Origin: Planctomycetota bacterium
GTDB taxonomy: Bacteria; Planctomycetota; B15-G4
DNA: 64,000 nucleotides
Direction: 5' to 3'
Assembly: GCA_038212275.1 (NCBI GenBank)
Contig: JBBQUR010000002.1
Location: 32,001-96,000 of the forward strand
A model generated the notes under the pieces. It searched no databases. It had not been told where the DNA came from and saw only the letters and a list, made by a program, of their open reading frames with translations. Positions 25,886 through 36,517 of the stretch are shown here, piece by piece (within the stretch, counting starts at the first letter, position 1; every line of letters begins with the position of its first letter). Position numbers and translations under genes: made by a program.

Positions 25886-27769
25886 TCACTCCAGCATGTC
25901 CACGTGCACCAGCCGCAGGTGCTTCTCGTCGAACAGGCGCTGGGCGTGCAGGTTGAAGCTGTCGAGATCCTTGAGGTGGAACCACGAGTTGGCCCACGTG
26001 CCCGAGCGCGAGATGCCGATCCACTTGCGCTTGCCGCCCTCCACGTAGGTGGTGACGAAGACGAGCCGCTTGCCCTCGTCGTCGAAGAGCTGCTGGGCCT
26101 TGAGGCGGAACTGGTTCTCGTCCGGCGAGATCCACCAGCGGTTGGCCCACGTGCCCGAGCGCACGATGCCGAGCCAGCGGCGCTTGCCGCCCTCGATCCA
26201 CGTGCGCACGTGCACCAGGCGCCGCCCTTCGTCGTCGAAGAGCTTCTGCACGGCCTTGTTGAAGCTCGTCAGGTCGTTCTTGATGACGAGGCTGTTGGCC
26301 CAGTCTCCGCTGCGCGCGATGCCGACCCACTTGCGCTTGCTGCCTTCCGCGAACGTGGACGTGTGCACGAGGCGCAGCGCCTTGTCATCGAAGAACTGCT
26401 GCGCGGTCTTCTGGAAGTCCGCGAGGCTGTTGCTCACCCAGAAGCGGTTGGCCCAGTCGCCGGCGCGCGCGATGCCCGCCCAGCGCCGCGCACCGTTCTC
26501 CAGATAGGTGGTCACGCTGGTGAGCCGCCGGCCCTTCTTGTCGAACAGGTCCTGCGTCGTCTTCTCGAACGATGCCAGGTCCGGCGACACGATGAAGGAG
26601 TTGGCCCAGTCGCCGGCCATCGAGATGCCGATCGTCGGCACCGGCCAGCCGGGAGACGTGGACGCGGGCCAGATGGAGACCGAGTCCTTGCTGATGCCGT
26701 GTTGCGAGAGCGGGAACCACGGACCCTTGCCGCCCGGCGGCTTGAGCTTGCTGCGGTCCACCACCCACGCGCTGCGGAACGGCATCGGGCGCAGCGCGCT
26801 GTCGGAGGTGCGCCCCGCCTCGATGTGCGTGTGCGGGTTGGTGGCGCGGCCGGTGTTGCCGGCGCGCCCGAGGAACTGCCCCTCGAAGACGGGCTTGTCC
26901 TTCACCTGCAGCGACTTGTCCATCGAGTCGTGGCGGAAGTGGCAGTAGGTCACCTTCTCGGTGCCGTGGCGGATGACGAGGTGATTGCCGCTGCCGGGAT
27001 CGGGGGTCGGGTCGGGGAAGAGCAGGCTGCCGTCGGCGTCCTGCTTGATCGTGTTGTCCTTCAGGCCGTCGGACCAGCTGTCCACGAAGCCGTCGGCGAC
27101 CGCGCGGATCGGCTTGCCCCAGATGCGGTAGTCCTCGTTCTTCAGCTTGCTGCCGCCGGGGACCAGGCCGGACCACTTCTTCGTCTTGGCGTCCCAGCCG
27201 ACGACGCTGATGTCGTGCGCGAAGATCTGCGTGCCGCCGCCGCCGCCGTTGGCCCAGTGCACCGCGTCGGTCTGGTAGTACTCGTCGTCGCGCAGTTCCC
27301 CCGCCGCGTACGGGAAGCGGTACGCGCCGCCCGCCACCGGGCTCACGTGCTGCACCAGCGGCAGCGTCCGCGTCACCGGGTCGGCGTAGCTCTTGCATGT
27401 GACCTCGACCTTCACCTGCGTCGGCGCCGTGCCGGTGAGGAAGATCGCGTTGTTCACGAACTCCTTCACGTCGGGATCCGGGTCGATGTCCACGCGCCCG
27501 TTGGACCACTTGACCGTCTCGCCGGGGCTCAGGTCCAGGCCGCCGTCCAGGTTGACTCCCTCCATGTCCTTCGACGGCTGCGTGGAGCCCGGGAATGAGA
27601 ACTTGATCGCCTTCACCTTCACGGTGGAGTTGCCGGTGTTCTCCATGCGCAGGCGCAGCACGACCTTCATCATCGTCTTGCCGGACGCGGTGGTCGGCGC
27701 GAGCAACAGGTAGGTGGCCTTTCCGTTTTCGACGGGCTGGATCTCGAGCTGCAGGTTGGGAACGGCCAT
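25886..27769 (-). CDS. M23-family metallopeptidase with about five C-terminal ~50-aa repeats (bacterial tandem repeat domain-like)
   Basis: GNHLVIRH...YCHF...GNTGRATNPHTHI (HxH); repeats WAN...FxxxxQxLFDxxGxRLVxVxTYxExGxRxWxGIxRSG. Start 27769 or 27778. Confidence 0.82.
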   Translation of the reverse strand: MAVPNLQLEIQPVENGKATYLLLAPTTASGKTMMKVVLRLRMENTGNSTVKVKAIKFSFPGSTQPSKDMEGVNLDGGLDLSPGETVKWSNGRVDIDPDPDVKEFVNNAIFLTGTAPTQVKVEVTCKSYADPVTRTLPLVQHVSPVAGGAYRFPYAAGELRDDEYYQTDAVHWANGGGGGTQIFAHDISVVGWDAKTKKWSGLVPGGSKLKNEDYRIWGKPIRAVADGFVDSWSDGLKDNTIKQDADGSLLFPDPTPDPGSGNHLVIRHGTEKVTYCHFRHDSMDKSLQVKDKPVFEGQFLGRAGNTGRATNPHTHIEAGRTSDSALRPMPFRSAWVVDRSKLKPPGGKGPWFPLSQHGISKDSVSIWPASTSPGWPVPTIGISMAGDWANSFIVSPDLASFEKTTQDLFDKKGRRLTSVTTYLENGARRWAGIARAGDWANRFWVSNSLADFQKTAQQFFDDKALRLVHTSTFAEGSKRKWVGIARSGDWANSLVIKNDLTSFNKAVQKLFDDEGRRLVHVRTWIEGGKRRWLGIVRSGTWANRWWISPDENQFRLKAQQLFDDEGKRLVFVTTYVEGGKRKWIGISRSGTWANSWFHLKDLDSFNLHAQRLFDEKHLRLVHVDMLE

Positions 27770-27955
27770 GGACGACATGCCTCGCTGTGGGTGGGAATCG
27801 TGCGCGGCATGCGCACACGCTGGAATCGGCGTGCCGTCGCCGATGTGACAGCGCGGGCATCGAGAACGCGTGCCGTCACGAGCGGCTCCCGCTCCCGATG
27901 AAGAGGCGGCGGCTCGCAAGCCGTCGCCCCGCCACCATTTCCAGGAATCACCGCC

Positions 27956-29386
27956 ATGCGCCGTTCGCTCGCTGCCTCTCTGTCCGCCGTCCTGCTCGCC
28001 GCCGCGTTCCCGATACCGTCCGCGTCCGCGCAGGGCAGCGGGCTCACCGCCGGGGACATGTATCTTCTGAGCGGCGGCCTCGGCGCGCTCGTCCGGGTGG
28101 ACCTCTCGAGCGGCACGGCCAGCATCGCGGTGGACACCAGCTTCACTCCCGCGGCGGCGGGCGCCGTGGTGTTCGACCCCTACCGCCAGCGCATCGTGTT
28201 CCGCGGCAGCATCGGCCCGCCCAGCAACCCCCCGTATCTGTGGGCCGTGGATGGCGCCGGGAACCTCGACCCGCTCATTCTCTCGACGGGTCCCTCCATC
28301 ACGGCGATGTCGCCGACGGGCGACGGCCGCATCTACATGCGCGTCAGCGAGACCCCGCCCTTCCGCTACCTCGACGCCTCCAACGACATGCGGACGCTCA
28401 TGGACGAGACCGGCGCCGCCCCCTTCATGATCGACGGCAGCAGCAACTTCGACTTCCGCGGGATGATCTACGACGCGGGCACCAACGCGCTGTTCATCTC
28501 GTCCCACCTCGAGGGACTGTGCGGCGGGAGCGCGGGCCGGCTCAACGTGCGCAAGCTGCCGCTGTCCGCGGACGGCACACGCGTGGTGGGCCCGGTGATC
28601 TGCTCGCAGTTCGAGGTGAGCGCGAGTGGCGAGAACCCCGTCGGCTGGAGCCACGGCCCCTCGGGGCAGCTCGTGGTCGTCGTGGACACGAACAGCAACG
28701 ACGTGGAGCCGCGCATGGTCCTGGTGGACCCGGTGACGGCGGGCATGTCGGCCCTCGCCAGCAACGGCGCGCCGGGTGTCTTCGCGGCGGCGACCAACGC
28801 CGGCACGTGGAATTCCGCGCTGGGCAAGGCGGTCATCCTGGACACGGGCGCCAACGTGCTGCGCGCCTTCGGGATCGGGGAGACCGGCGCCGGCACCGTG
28901 CTTTCCATCTCGGGCGAGATCCTGTCCCCCAACGGCAGCTCGGGCGAGCAGGCGGCGCTCTGCGAGGTGGAGCCCACCGCGTGCGACGGCGCATGGATGG
29001 CCTACGGCGCAGGCCTCGCCGGCGCTGGCGCGTTCGTGCCGCGCCTCACGGGCGGCGGCTGCCCCGAGGTGGGCGGCTCGCTCACGCTGACCCTCGACCG
29101 CGCCGTGGGCGGCGCGAGCAGCGTGCTGTTCGTGGGCCTGGCCGGCGCCGCGGTCCCCTTCAAGGGCGGCACTTTTTACGTCGGCGCGCTGGTGCTCTCC
29201 GTGCCGCTGCCGATGGGCGGCGCGCCAGGCGCGCCGGGCGCAGGCGCGCTGACGCTGCCCGCGGCACTCCCCGCCAACCCGCTGCTGTCGGGTGTGAACG
29301 TGCACCTGCAGGCGGCCTTCACGGATGGGGCCGCCGTGAAGGGCGCCTCGCTGACCAAGGGATTGCGGATGACCATCGGCGGGTGA
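27956..29386 (+). CDS. Secreted propeller-like protein with the shared C-terminal module
   Basis: AGGA RBS; signal ASA-Q; tail WMAYGAGLAGAG...PFKGGTF...Q...D...KGASLTKGL. Confidence 0.8.
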   Translation: MRRSLAASLSAVLLAAAFPIPSASAQGSGLTAGDMYLLSGGLGALVRVDLSSGTASIAVDTSFTPAAAGAVVFDPYRQRIVFRGSIGPPSNPPYLWAVDGAGNLDPLILSTGPSITAMSPTGDGRIYMRVSETPPFRYLDASNDMRTLMDETGAAPFMIDGSSNFDFRGMIYDAGTNALFISSHLEGLCGGSAGRLNVRKLPLSADGTRVVGPVICSQFEVSASGENPVGWSHGPSGQLVVVVDTNSNDVEPRMVLVDPVTAGMSALASNGAPGVFAAATNAGTWNSALGKAVILDTGANVLRAFGIGETGAGTVLSISGEILSPNGSSGEQAALCEVEPTACDGAWMAYGAGLAGAGAFVPRLTGGGCPEVGGSLTLTLDRAVGGASSVLFVGLAGAAVPFKGGTFYVGALVLSVPLPMGGAPGAPGAGALTLPAALPANPLLSGVNVHLQAAFTDGAAVKGASLTKGLRMTIGG

Positions 29387-29594
29387 GGACAGGTGAAGAC
29401 GGGTGAAGACGGACGCGGGCAGCCGTTGCGCTTTCGCACGGAGGCGCGCAGCGACATCGGGAGTCGTGCAGACAGCGACGCAACCCGCGTCTTGTCCGCG
29501 GAGCGCTCTCGGAGCGCCCACAGGGAATCAGCATGCTGAGTAGAATGCCGAGCGCGCCGCCCGCGCCGACCTCGACCCGCTCGGGAGACTTCAC

Positions 29595-30785
29595 ATGCTT
29601 GAGTTGCTGGCAGCCCTCATGCTCGCGTGCACCGCGGACATCCATGTCGTGGACGACAACGGTCCGGCCGAGTTCTCCAACCTCCAGACCGCGATCGATT
29701 CCGTGGAGGCGGGCGAGACCCTGATCGTGAAGGTCGGCGAGTACGCGGGCTTCACGCTCACCAAGCGTCTGACCATCCTCGGGCAGGACGGGCCGTTCGA
29801 GCCTTTCGTCGGCACGGAGCCGTACATCGGCAGCACGACCACCATCGACGGCGCCGCGACGTTCACCCTCGCCGGCTTCCGCATGTTCGACCTGGCCGTG
29901 GCCAACGTGGCCGGCGCCGCCCTCGTGGACGATGTCACCGTGCTGCGCGGCATCTCGGTCGTGAACAGCCAGCAGGTGTCGCTGAGCCGGGTCGTGATGC
30001 CGGCGGCCCAGCAGGACGTCACCGCGGTGAGCGTGACGGGCTCTCGCGTGACGCTCGTGGACTGCCAGATCACGGGCGGCCCCGGCAGCGCGCCGTTCGC
30101 AGGCCCCGGCAACCCGGGCAAGCCGGCGCTCGAAGCGAAGGCCGGCAGCGTCGTGCTTGTCGCCGGTTCGTCGCTGACGGGTGGCAATGCCGGCCAGGGC
30201 TTCTCCCAGGACGGGCCTGCCGGGCACGCGGTGAGCTGTCTCGGAGCAACGGTCATCCTGCGCGGCTCGAGCACCGACGTGCTCGATGACGGGAACTTCG
30301 ATCCGTCCTTCGGCGGCGCGCCGGGCCACGCGATCCTGTGCTCCGGCGGCTACGTCCAGCACAGCGGCGTGACGCTGGCGGCGGACACCCTTGCCGTGGC
30401 GGGCGGCAGCATCGTGCAGGTGGCGGCGCCGGAGCCCTACCTCGAGATCACCGGCACCGACGGCCCCGGCGGCCAGCGCTCGATCGACCTCTACGGGCCC
30501 GCAGGCTCGCAGGCCTTCCTCATCCTTTCCCTGGGCGCGGGCCCGCTCACGCTGCCCAAACTCGAACTGCCGCTGGCGCTCAACCTGAACGCGCCCCTTG
30601 CCATCCTGCCCTTGCCGTTGCTCGGACAGGACACGCCGCTCAGCATCGCCGTGGCGCTGCCAGCCGCCGCCGGCTTCGAGGGCGTCGTGCTGCACGTGCA
30701 GGCCATCTCTCCCGCGATTCCCAGCACGTTCAAGCCGGGCAAGCAACTCGTCACCAACCACGCGCCGCTCATCGTTCAGCCGTAG
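29595..30785 (+). CDS. Secreted beta-helix-like protein with a divergent C-terminal module
   Basis: GGGAG RBS; VVDDNGPAEFSNLQTAID...GETLIVKVGEY pectin-lyase-type start; Gly-rich rungs. Confidence 0.72.
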   Translation: MLELLAALMLACTADIHVVDDNGPAEFSNLQTAIDSVEAGETLIVKVGEYAGFTLTKRLTILGQDGPFEPFVGTEPYIGSTTTIDGAATFTLAGFRMFDLAVANVAGAALVDDVTVLRGISVVNSQQVSLSRVVMPAAQQDVTAVSVTGSRVTLVDCQITGGPGSAPFAGPGNPGKPALEAKAGSVVLVAGSSLTGGNAGQGFSQDGPAGHAVSCLGATVILRGSSTDVLDDGNFDPSFGGAPGHAILCSGGYVQHSGVTLAADTLAVAGGSIVQVAAPEPYLEITGTDGPGGQRSIDLYGPAGSQAFLILSLGAGPLTLPKLELPLALNLNAPLAILPLPLLGQDTPLSIAVALPAAAGFEGVVLHVQAISPAIPSTFKPGKQLVTNHAPLIVQP

Positions 30786-30862
30786 AGCAGCGGGCGCGTC
30801 GGAGCAGCGGGGCGCGTCAGAGCAGCGGGGCGCGTCGCTCGCACAGGGATGCCTCGCGTGCT

Positions 30863-33544
30863 CTACCAACCCTGAAACCTCAGCTCCACGGCGTTGGAGA
30901 AGCCGGCGCCGTGAGGTGGCAGTCGAGCATCCTGACAGACGAACTGCACGACGAGGGCGATCGGCTCGGCGGCCAGGTCGCCCGGAAGCGGGAACGACAC
31001 GAGACCATCCCGGTCGGCATCGTGCAGCGGGAGGCAGCCGATCAGCGTCGCGGGAACCAGCGTCCCGCCGCGCGCTGCGCGCGGTGCACTCGTGAGCCCC
31101 ACGAGCAGCACTCCGGCAGCGCCGGCCGGCAGGCCTGAGAGTGCGACGCTTGCCGTGCCCGACGGCGCCAGCGGATCGCCGCACACCGCGAGCCGCACGC
31201 CGCCGGGGCCCGCATGACCGAGGTCAGGCTGGCAGACCGGCCTGAAGACCACGCGCGCCAGGACGGGGTCGTGATCGCTCGCCTGCACCTGGAACTCCGC
31301 GTTCACATGCACGATGTCGTACGTCGCGAGGCGGGCGAGCGGCCGGCTCACGAGGATGTGATCGAGACTCTGCGCATTGCCGTCGAAAACGAAGCTGTAG
31401 CGCTCGACCTCCGGCAGTGTCTCCGTGAGATTCGCGAGAATCTGCACCGGGAGGCCCTTCAGCACAGCCAACGGCTCGTTGTAGGAGAACTCGTTGAGGT
31501 CGCCGAGCACGATCACGTTGGCCGCCGGATCCGCGGCCAGGAGCTCCGCGACGTGATCGTGCACGACCTGCGCCTGGGCCACGCGCTTGGCGACGGATCC
31601 GTTGATCGGCGGCTGGACCAGCCCGAACAGCGGCGTGCTGCCCGACTTCGACGCGAAGTGGTTCCCGATCACCGTGAGCTTCCGGCCCCGGAACATGAAG
31701 TCTGCGGCGAGCGGGAGGCGCGACCCTTGAAAGGCGTTGCCGTCGCGCAGGTCTCCGTCGGTGATCGGCTGCAGCGACCCCTCGTCGAGGGACACGCGCG
31801 ACGGCTGAAAGAGGAAGCCGACCCGGATGTTCCCGCCCGGCTGGCCGCCGCTGCTGCCGTTCAGTGGCGCCACGTCGCGGTACGCGTAGTCCGGTCCGCC
31901 GGCTGCGACGATCGCGGCGATGAGCGTGGCATACGTGAGACTCGCGTCGGTCTCGGCGGTCTTCTCCGCGCCGTCGTTGTCCTGGACCTCCTCCAGGCAG
32001 AGGATGTCGGGCGAGCGCAGCGCACCGGCGATCTGCGCGCCGAGCCGGTCAAAAAAGCCCGACCCGACGTCATCGTCGATGTCGGCCGCGCTGCCGACGA
32101 GCGCAAAGCTCTCCAGCTTGGGATCGAGGTTGTGGACATTGAAGGCGGCGATCGAGAGCTGGGCATCGCCCGGAACCGGGGCGGGCACCGGCTCGGCGGT
32201 CTCGGGCTGCAGCCCCGCGTGCTTCACCACGAAGGGCTGCGTCGCCAGCACCTCGTAGTTGCCGAAGGAGTACGAGACCACGCCCACGACATCGCCAAGA
32301 GAGTCACCGGTGCTTACGGCCGGATCGAAGCCCGGAGTGAGCTGCTCGTCCAGCTGCACCTGGATCCGCTCCGGGTTGGAGTCCGCGGCGGTGAGCGTGA
32401 GCCCCGAACGCGCGTTGAGGTGCGTCGCGGCACGCCCGCCGTTGCTGACGGTGACGATCTCGCCGAAACCATTCCTCGCGCTCACGGCCAGCGCCCCGCG
32501 GATCAGCACGCGCATGCCCTCGAGCGTCTCGAAGAAATCGATCCCGTCGCTGGCCGGGTCGAAGTCCGAGAAGCCATCGTCGTCGATGACCTCGGTGGGG
32601 CACAGCGTGCCGGCGACGCCCACGACGACCGGCGCGGGGAACTCCCCCACGGCGCGCAGCACTGTGACGTCAGGCTCGGCGAGCTCCGTCACGCTGAGGT
32701 TCTGCGAGCCGGCGCCGCCCGGCTGAAACTCGCCCACGACGCCGACGACTCTCACCGCATTGCCCGCCACCACGCCCGGCGCGGAGGCCGTGAACACGAA
32801 GAGCCCGTCCGAGGTCGCCGGGTCGCGATCACCCACGGGATCCTGAAGATAGAAGCCGTGCGAGTCCACGGCCGTCACCGTGCCCGTCGTCTCCACGAGC
32901 ATGCCCGCGACGGGCGACACGTGCCCGGCGCCCTGGATCTGCGGAATGGCGAGCGCCTTCGCGACAACCTCGGGGTCGGGGTAGGTCCCGAGTCCGGAGA
33001 AGGTGTCCTCGGTCAGGCCCTGCCACTCGATCGCGGGATCGAAGGCATCGCTTCCGTCTGCATCACCGGCCGTGACGCGGGAGCGCCGACGCAGCGTGTG
33101 ATCCGCCGTGGTGATGCCGCCGACGCCCCACGCCACACCCGGATCGAAGCCGATCTGCCCGACGACGTCGAGCAGCACGCCGCTCCGCACGAGGGCAACG
33201 GCGTCGTCGCCGTTGAACCAGCTTCCCGTGACGGTCTGGTCCGCCACGGCCAGGATGTCGTCATCCGCCGCGCCGTGCGCGATCACGAACACCTCGCCAT
33301 CCGCCAGCGTCCCGGAGAGAGCGGTCGTGAGCCCGGGCGACGAGCTCCCGTTGAAGTAGCAGCGCACCTGGCAGGTGGAGAGATCGACGCTGCCGCCCGT
33401 GTCGTTGAAGATCTCGAGCGCCTTGTTGCTGCCGCTCCCTTCGATGTATTCCGTGAAGCGCAGGCCGCCCGCCAGCGCAACGTTCAGCACGCCCAGCGCC
33501 ACGTGCGCCACGACGACCGCAAGCCACGCGCCCGGCCGGCTCAC
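30863..33544 (-). CDS. Extracellular nuclease: lamin-tail domain + OB fold + endonuclease/exonuclease/phosphatase domain, with C-terminal module variant
   Basis: FTEYIEGSGSNKALEIFN (LTD); IPQIQG; AFNVHNL, LEEVQD, NHFASK, LGDLN, LDHILVS, SDHDPV. Start is approximate. Confidence 0.9.
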   Translation of the reverse strand: MSRPGAWLAVVVAHVALGVLNVALAGGLRFTEYIEGSGSNKALEIFNDTGGSVDLSTCQVRCYFNGSSSPGLTTALSGTLADGEVFVIAHGAADDDILAVADQTVTGSWFNGDDAVALVRSGVLLDVVGQIGFDPGVAWGVGGITTADHTLRRRSRVTAGDADGSDAFDPAIEWQGLTEDTFSGLGTYPDPEVVAKALAIPQIQGAGHVSPVAGMLVETTGTVTAVDSHGFYLQDPVGDRDPATSDGLFVFTASAPGVVAGNAVRVVGVVGEFQPGGAGSQNLSVTELAEPDVTVLRAVGEFPAPVVVGVAGTLCPTEVIDDDGFSDFDPASDGIDFFETLEGMRVLIRGALAVSARNGFGEIVTVSNGGRAATHLNARSGLTLTAADSNPERIQVQLDEQLTPGFDPAVSTGDSLGDVVGVVSYSFGNYEVLATQPFVVKHAGLQPETAEPVPAPVPGDAQLSIAAFNVHNLDPKLESFALVGSAADIDDDVGSGFFDRLGAQIAGALRSPDILCLEEVQDNDGAEKTAETDASLTYATLIAAIVAAGGPDYAYRDVAPLNGSSGGQPGGNIRVGFLFQPSRVSLDEGSLQPITDGDLRDGNAFQGSRLPLAADFMFRGRKLTVIGNHFASKSGSTPLFGLVQPPINGSVAKRVAQAQVVHDHVAELLAADPAANVIVLGDLNEFSYNEPLAVLKGLPVQILANLTETLPEVERYSFVFDGNAQSLDHILVSRPLARLATYDIVHVNAEFQVQASDHDPVLARVVFRPVCQPDLGHAGPGGVRLAVCGDPLAPSGTASVALSGLPAGAAGVLLVGLTSAPRAARGGTLVPATLIGCLPLHDADRDGLVSFPLPGDLAAEPIALVVQFVCQDARLPPHGAGFSNAVELRFQGW

Positions 33545-33782
33545 GCCGCCCCACCGCCGACCTGCGTCGCGTCCCGATCTGATGTCATGGCTTGCCCCCG
33601 CGGGCCTCCGCGCCGTCCGCGACGACGTGGCCCCGTGCATGAGGACGCGGGACCGGCCCGTGCGTTACATCAGCCGCCCGGCCACGCCACGCCCAGCCTC
33701 CCGGCGTGGCGACGCGCCCGCGCGGCACTCAGCGCGACGCATCGTGTCCGCGCGGCACTCAGCGCGGCACTCAGCGCGGCAC

Positions 33783-36206
33783 TCAGCGCGGCGCGTCGGC
33801 GCCTCCGGCGGTGTCTTGCGCCTCGGCTCCCGGCGCGGCGTCCGGGGCGTCGGGGCCGGTGGCCAGCAGCGCGAGGGCGTAGCAGGCGAGGGCAAGCACC
33901 GCGACCGTCGTGAAGCCCGTCTCCATCGCGACGATGATGGCGAGCACCGACGCGATCACGCCCGCGCCGCCGTTGGCGCCGATGGCCCAGGCGACGAGCT
34001 CCGGGTTGACTGCGCGCAGGCGCGCCAAACCCTGCGGGAAGGGCAGGCCCATCATGAAGTTCATCGGCGCGAGACAGCCGACCGCGACCGCGATGCGCCA
34101 GGCGAGCGGCAGCCCGAGCAGTTGCGCCGTCACGACATCGAGCAGCAGCGTGAAGGCCGCGATGAGAAGCACGAGCACGGCCAGGGCCATGCGCGTCTGC
34201 CGGGCACTGCCGCGCAGGAAGCGCCCCGACCACAGGCTGCCGAGTCCCGCGAAGAACAGGAAGCTGAACAGCACCACGGTGAGCGAATAGGTCGGGTGCC
34301 CGAGGAAGAGCGCCAGCCGCTGCACCGAGCTGATTTCCAGCAGCATGAAGCCGGCGCCGACGGCTGCGAAGAACGTGAGCTGGCGCACCGAACCCGCGCT
34401 GCGCAGACCCCTGCGGCGCCGAAGCCAGAGCGGCAGGACGACGAGCAGCAGCACGAGCACGGTGCACTGCAGCAGCAGCGCGCGCAGGATGCTCGGCGCG
34501 ATCGGAATGCGCGAGTCCATGGCGCGCGCATACGCCGAGTCCTCGGTGTCACCCGCGTCCCAGACGTGGTGGAAGTTGAAGAAGAAGGGCGAGTCGTCGT
34601 CCACCGGGCGCACGTCCACGCCGTAGTTTGCGAAGAATGCGTCCTCGGTGTGGTGGTCGATCGCCTCGGCGAGTCGCGTGAACTCGTTCGGATGCGTGGC
34701 GCCGGATCCGGGCAGGTAGATCACCGAGTGGAGTCCGGCGGTTTCGCTGTCGGCGATGCGCTGGTAGGCGGCGATGTCCTGGGCCGACAGCGGCTCGACG
34801 GAGAAGAGCGTGCCGGCGGCCCAGGCGGCCCGGATCACCGCGGCGTGCTCCGACGGCCGCTCGACGCCGCGACGCCGCAGCTCGAGCAGCGCCATGCCGA
34901 AGAAGCGCAGCGTCTCGCGGTCGGGCTCGTCGAAGGCGCGGATGACGCCCAGCGTGCCGCCCGGGTTGAGGTGATCGAAGTAGTCGCGCACCGCCTCCGT
35001 CGTGTAGAGGTACGACTCCGAGAGCACGAAGGAGCCGATCATCCCCGCGGTGTAGGTGTCCGCGCCGGCCAGCTGGATGAGGTCGAAGGTCCGGTCGAGC
35101 CGGCGCAGCGTGCTGCGGCCTTCGCCCTCCATGACCGTCACGCCGGGCTGCTCGAGCAGGTGGCCATTGAAGTCCGCGAACTCGCTCCGCAGCAGGTCGA
35201 TGATGCCCGCGTTGATCTCGATGCCCAGCACGCTCTCGGCGCCAAACGCCATCGCCTGGCGGAGGTCGGTGCCGCCGCCCACGCCGATGACCAGCACGTT
35301 CGGCCGGACGCCGGTGTCCTTCAGGCGGCGCAGCAGCGGACCGTAGGCCACGGCATGCGTGTCGAGCAGCGACGGCACATCCCAGTGATCCTTCGAGAAC
35401 ATGAAGGTGCCGGCCGCGCCGTCCTGCAGCAGGAAGAGCGCTTCACGGTCCGCCTCCGGCGCGCCGTAGAGGTCGAGACGGCAGAGCGGCGTCCAGTGCC
35501 GCGCGACGAGCTCGCCCTGGATGTGACGGCGCTTGCCGAGCCCGAGCTCGATGGACATGTGCTGCTCTGCGCCGACGAAGAGAAAGGCCGCACCCACCAG
35601 GCTGAGCGCGGCGACCGCGCGCGGCAGGCGCGCCTTGCCGGCGAAGAAGAGCGCAGAGAACGGCCCCGCGGCGGCACAGAGCACGAGCAGCCGCTCGCCC
35701 TGCAGCGGACCGATCAGCGCGATGAAGAGCCAGGCGCCGAGCGCGCTCCCGAGGAGGTTCACGAAGTAGCGCGCATGGATCTTCCCGCCCGTGGACAGCG
35801 CAAGCGTGACCACGATGCCGCCGAGGATGTACGGCACCATCAGCAGCGAGAAGGCGATCGCGAGCAGGCCGAACTCGCCGCCCGCCGACACCGTCGTGAC
35901 CGCGTCCGCGGTCCGCGTCAGCAGCAGGTGGCCCGCCGTGACGGCGAAGCCGAACAGCGTGGCCGCCCAGGCCATCGTCGCGCCCACGTTGCCACGCGTG
36001 AGCCGCGGCCAGACGGTGACCAGCGTGCCGGCCGCCGCGAAACCCAGCATCGCCATCGTGACGACCACGAAGGCGTGGTGGTACCACATCTGCACCGAGA
36101 GCACACGGGCGTGCAGCACCTCGAGCGCGAGGATCGCCGCGGAGAGAATGAACAGCCCGAGCTTGATCGGGAGGTCGGGCCCCGTGGTCTCCCCCGAGGC
36201 CGTCAT
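33783..36206 (-). CDS. Spermidine-synthase-like SAM-binding membrane protein
   Basis: TM blocks at both ends; VLVIGVGGGTD; EGRSTL; ESYLYTTEA; PVDDDSPFFF. Confidence 0.85.
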   Translation of the reverse strand: MTASGETTGPDLPIKLGLFILSAAILALEVLHARVLSVQMWYHHAFVVVTMAMLGFAAAGTLVTVWPRLTRGNVGATMAWAATLFGFAVTAGHLLLTRTADAVTTVSAGGEFGLLAIAFSLLMVPYILGGIVVTLALSTGGKIHARYFVNLLGSALGAWLFIALIGPLQGERLLVLCAAAGPFSALFFAGKARLPRAVAALSLVGAAFLFVGAEQHMSIELGLGKRRHIQGELVARHWTPLCRLDLYGAPEADREALFLLQDGAAGTFMFSKDHWDVPSLLDTHAVAYGPLLRRLKDTGVRPNVLVIGVGGGTDLRQAMAFGAESVLGIEINAGIIDLLRSEFADFNGHLLEQPGVTVMEGEGRSTLRRLDRTFDLIQLAGADTYTAGMIGSFVLSESYLYTTEAVRDYFDHLNPGGTLGVIRAFDEPDRETLRFFGMALLELRRRGVERPSEHAAVIRAAWAAGTLFSVEPLSAQDIAAYQRIADSETAGLHSVIYLPGSGATHPNEFTRLAEAIDHHTEDAFFANYGVDVRPVDDDSPFFFNFHHVWDAGDTEDSAYARAMDSRIPIAPSILRALLLQCTVLVLLLVVLPLWLRRRRGLRSAGSVRQLTFFAAVGAGFMLLEISSVQRLALFLGHPTYSLTVVLFSFLFFAGLGSLWSGRFLRGSARQTRMALAVLVLLIAAFTLLLDVVTAQLLGLPLAWRIAVAVGCLAPMNFMMGLPFPQGLARLRAVNPELVAWAIGANGGAGVIASVLAIIVAMETGFTTVAVLALACYALALLATGPDAPDAAPGAEAQDTAGGADAPR

Positions 36207-36517
36207 GACGCGAGCACCGCGCGCCACGCACGGCACGCAGGCTGCATCGCCGTGCCTCCGGACTGTCGTCGCGTGCCGCTCATGCTTCTCTCTCCGGACG
36301 TCCGTCTGCCCGCGCCATTCAGCATGGCTGCGGGCATGTCGCCGTCTTGCATCTCCGTCGCACGTCGCCGCCACGCGTCGCCGCCACGCGTCGCCGCCTT
36401 GCACCGCCCCCCTTGCACCGCGAGGCGCCCGGCCCGCCGAAGAAGGGCGCGGCATCCTATCTCAGGCTGCCGGCCTGAGGTAGGCTCGCCGCCCATCACC
36501 CCCGGCGAACGGAGCAC

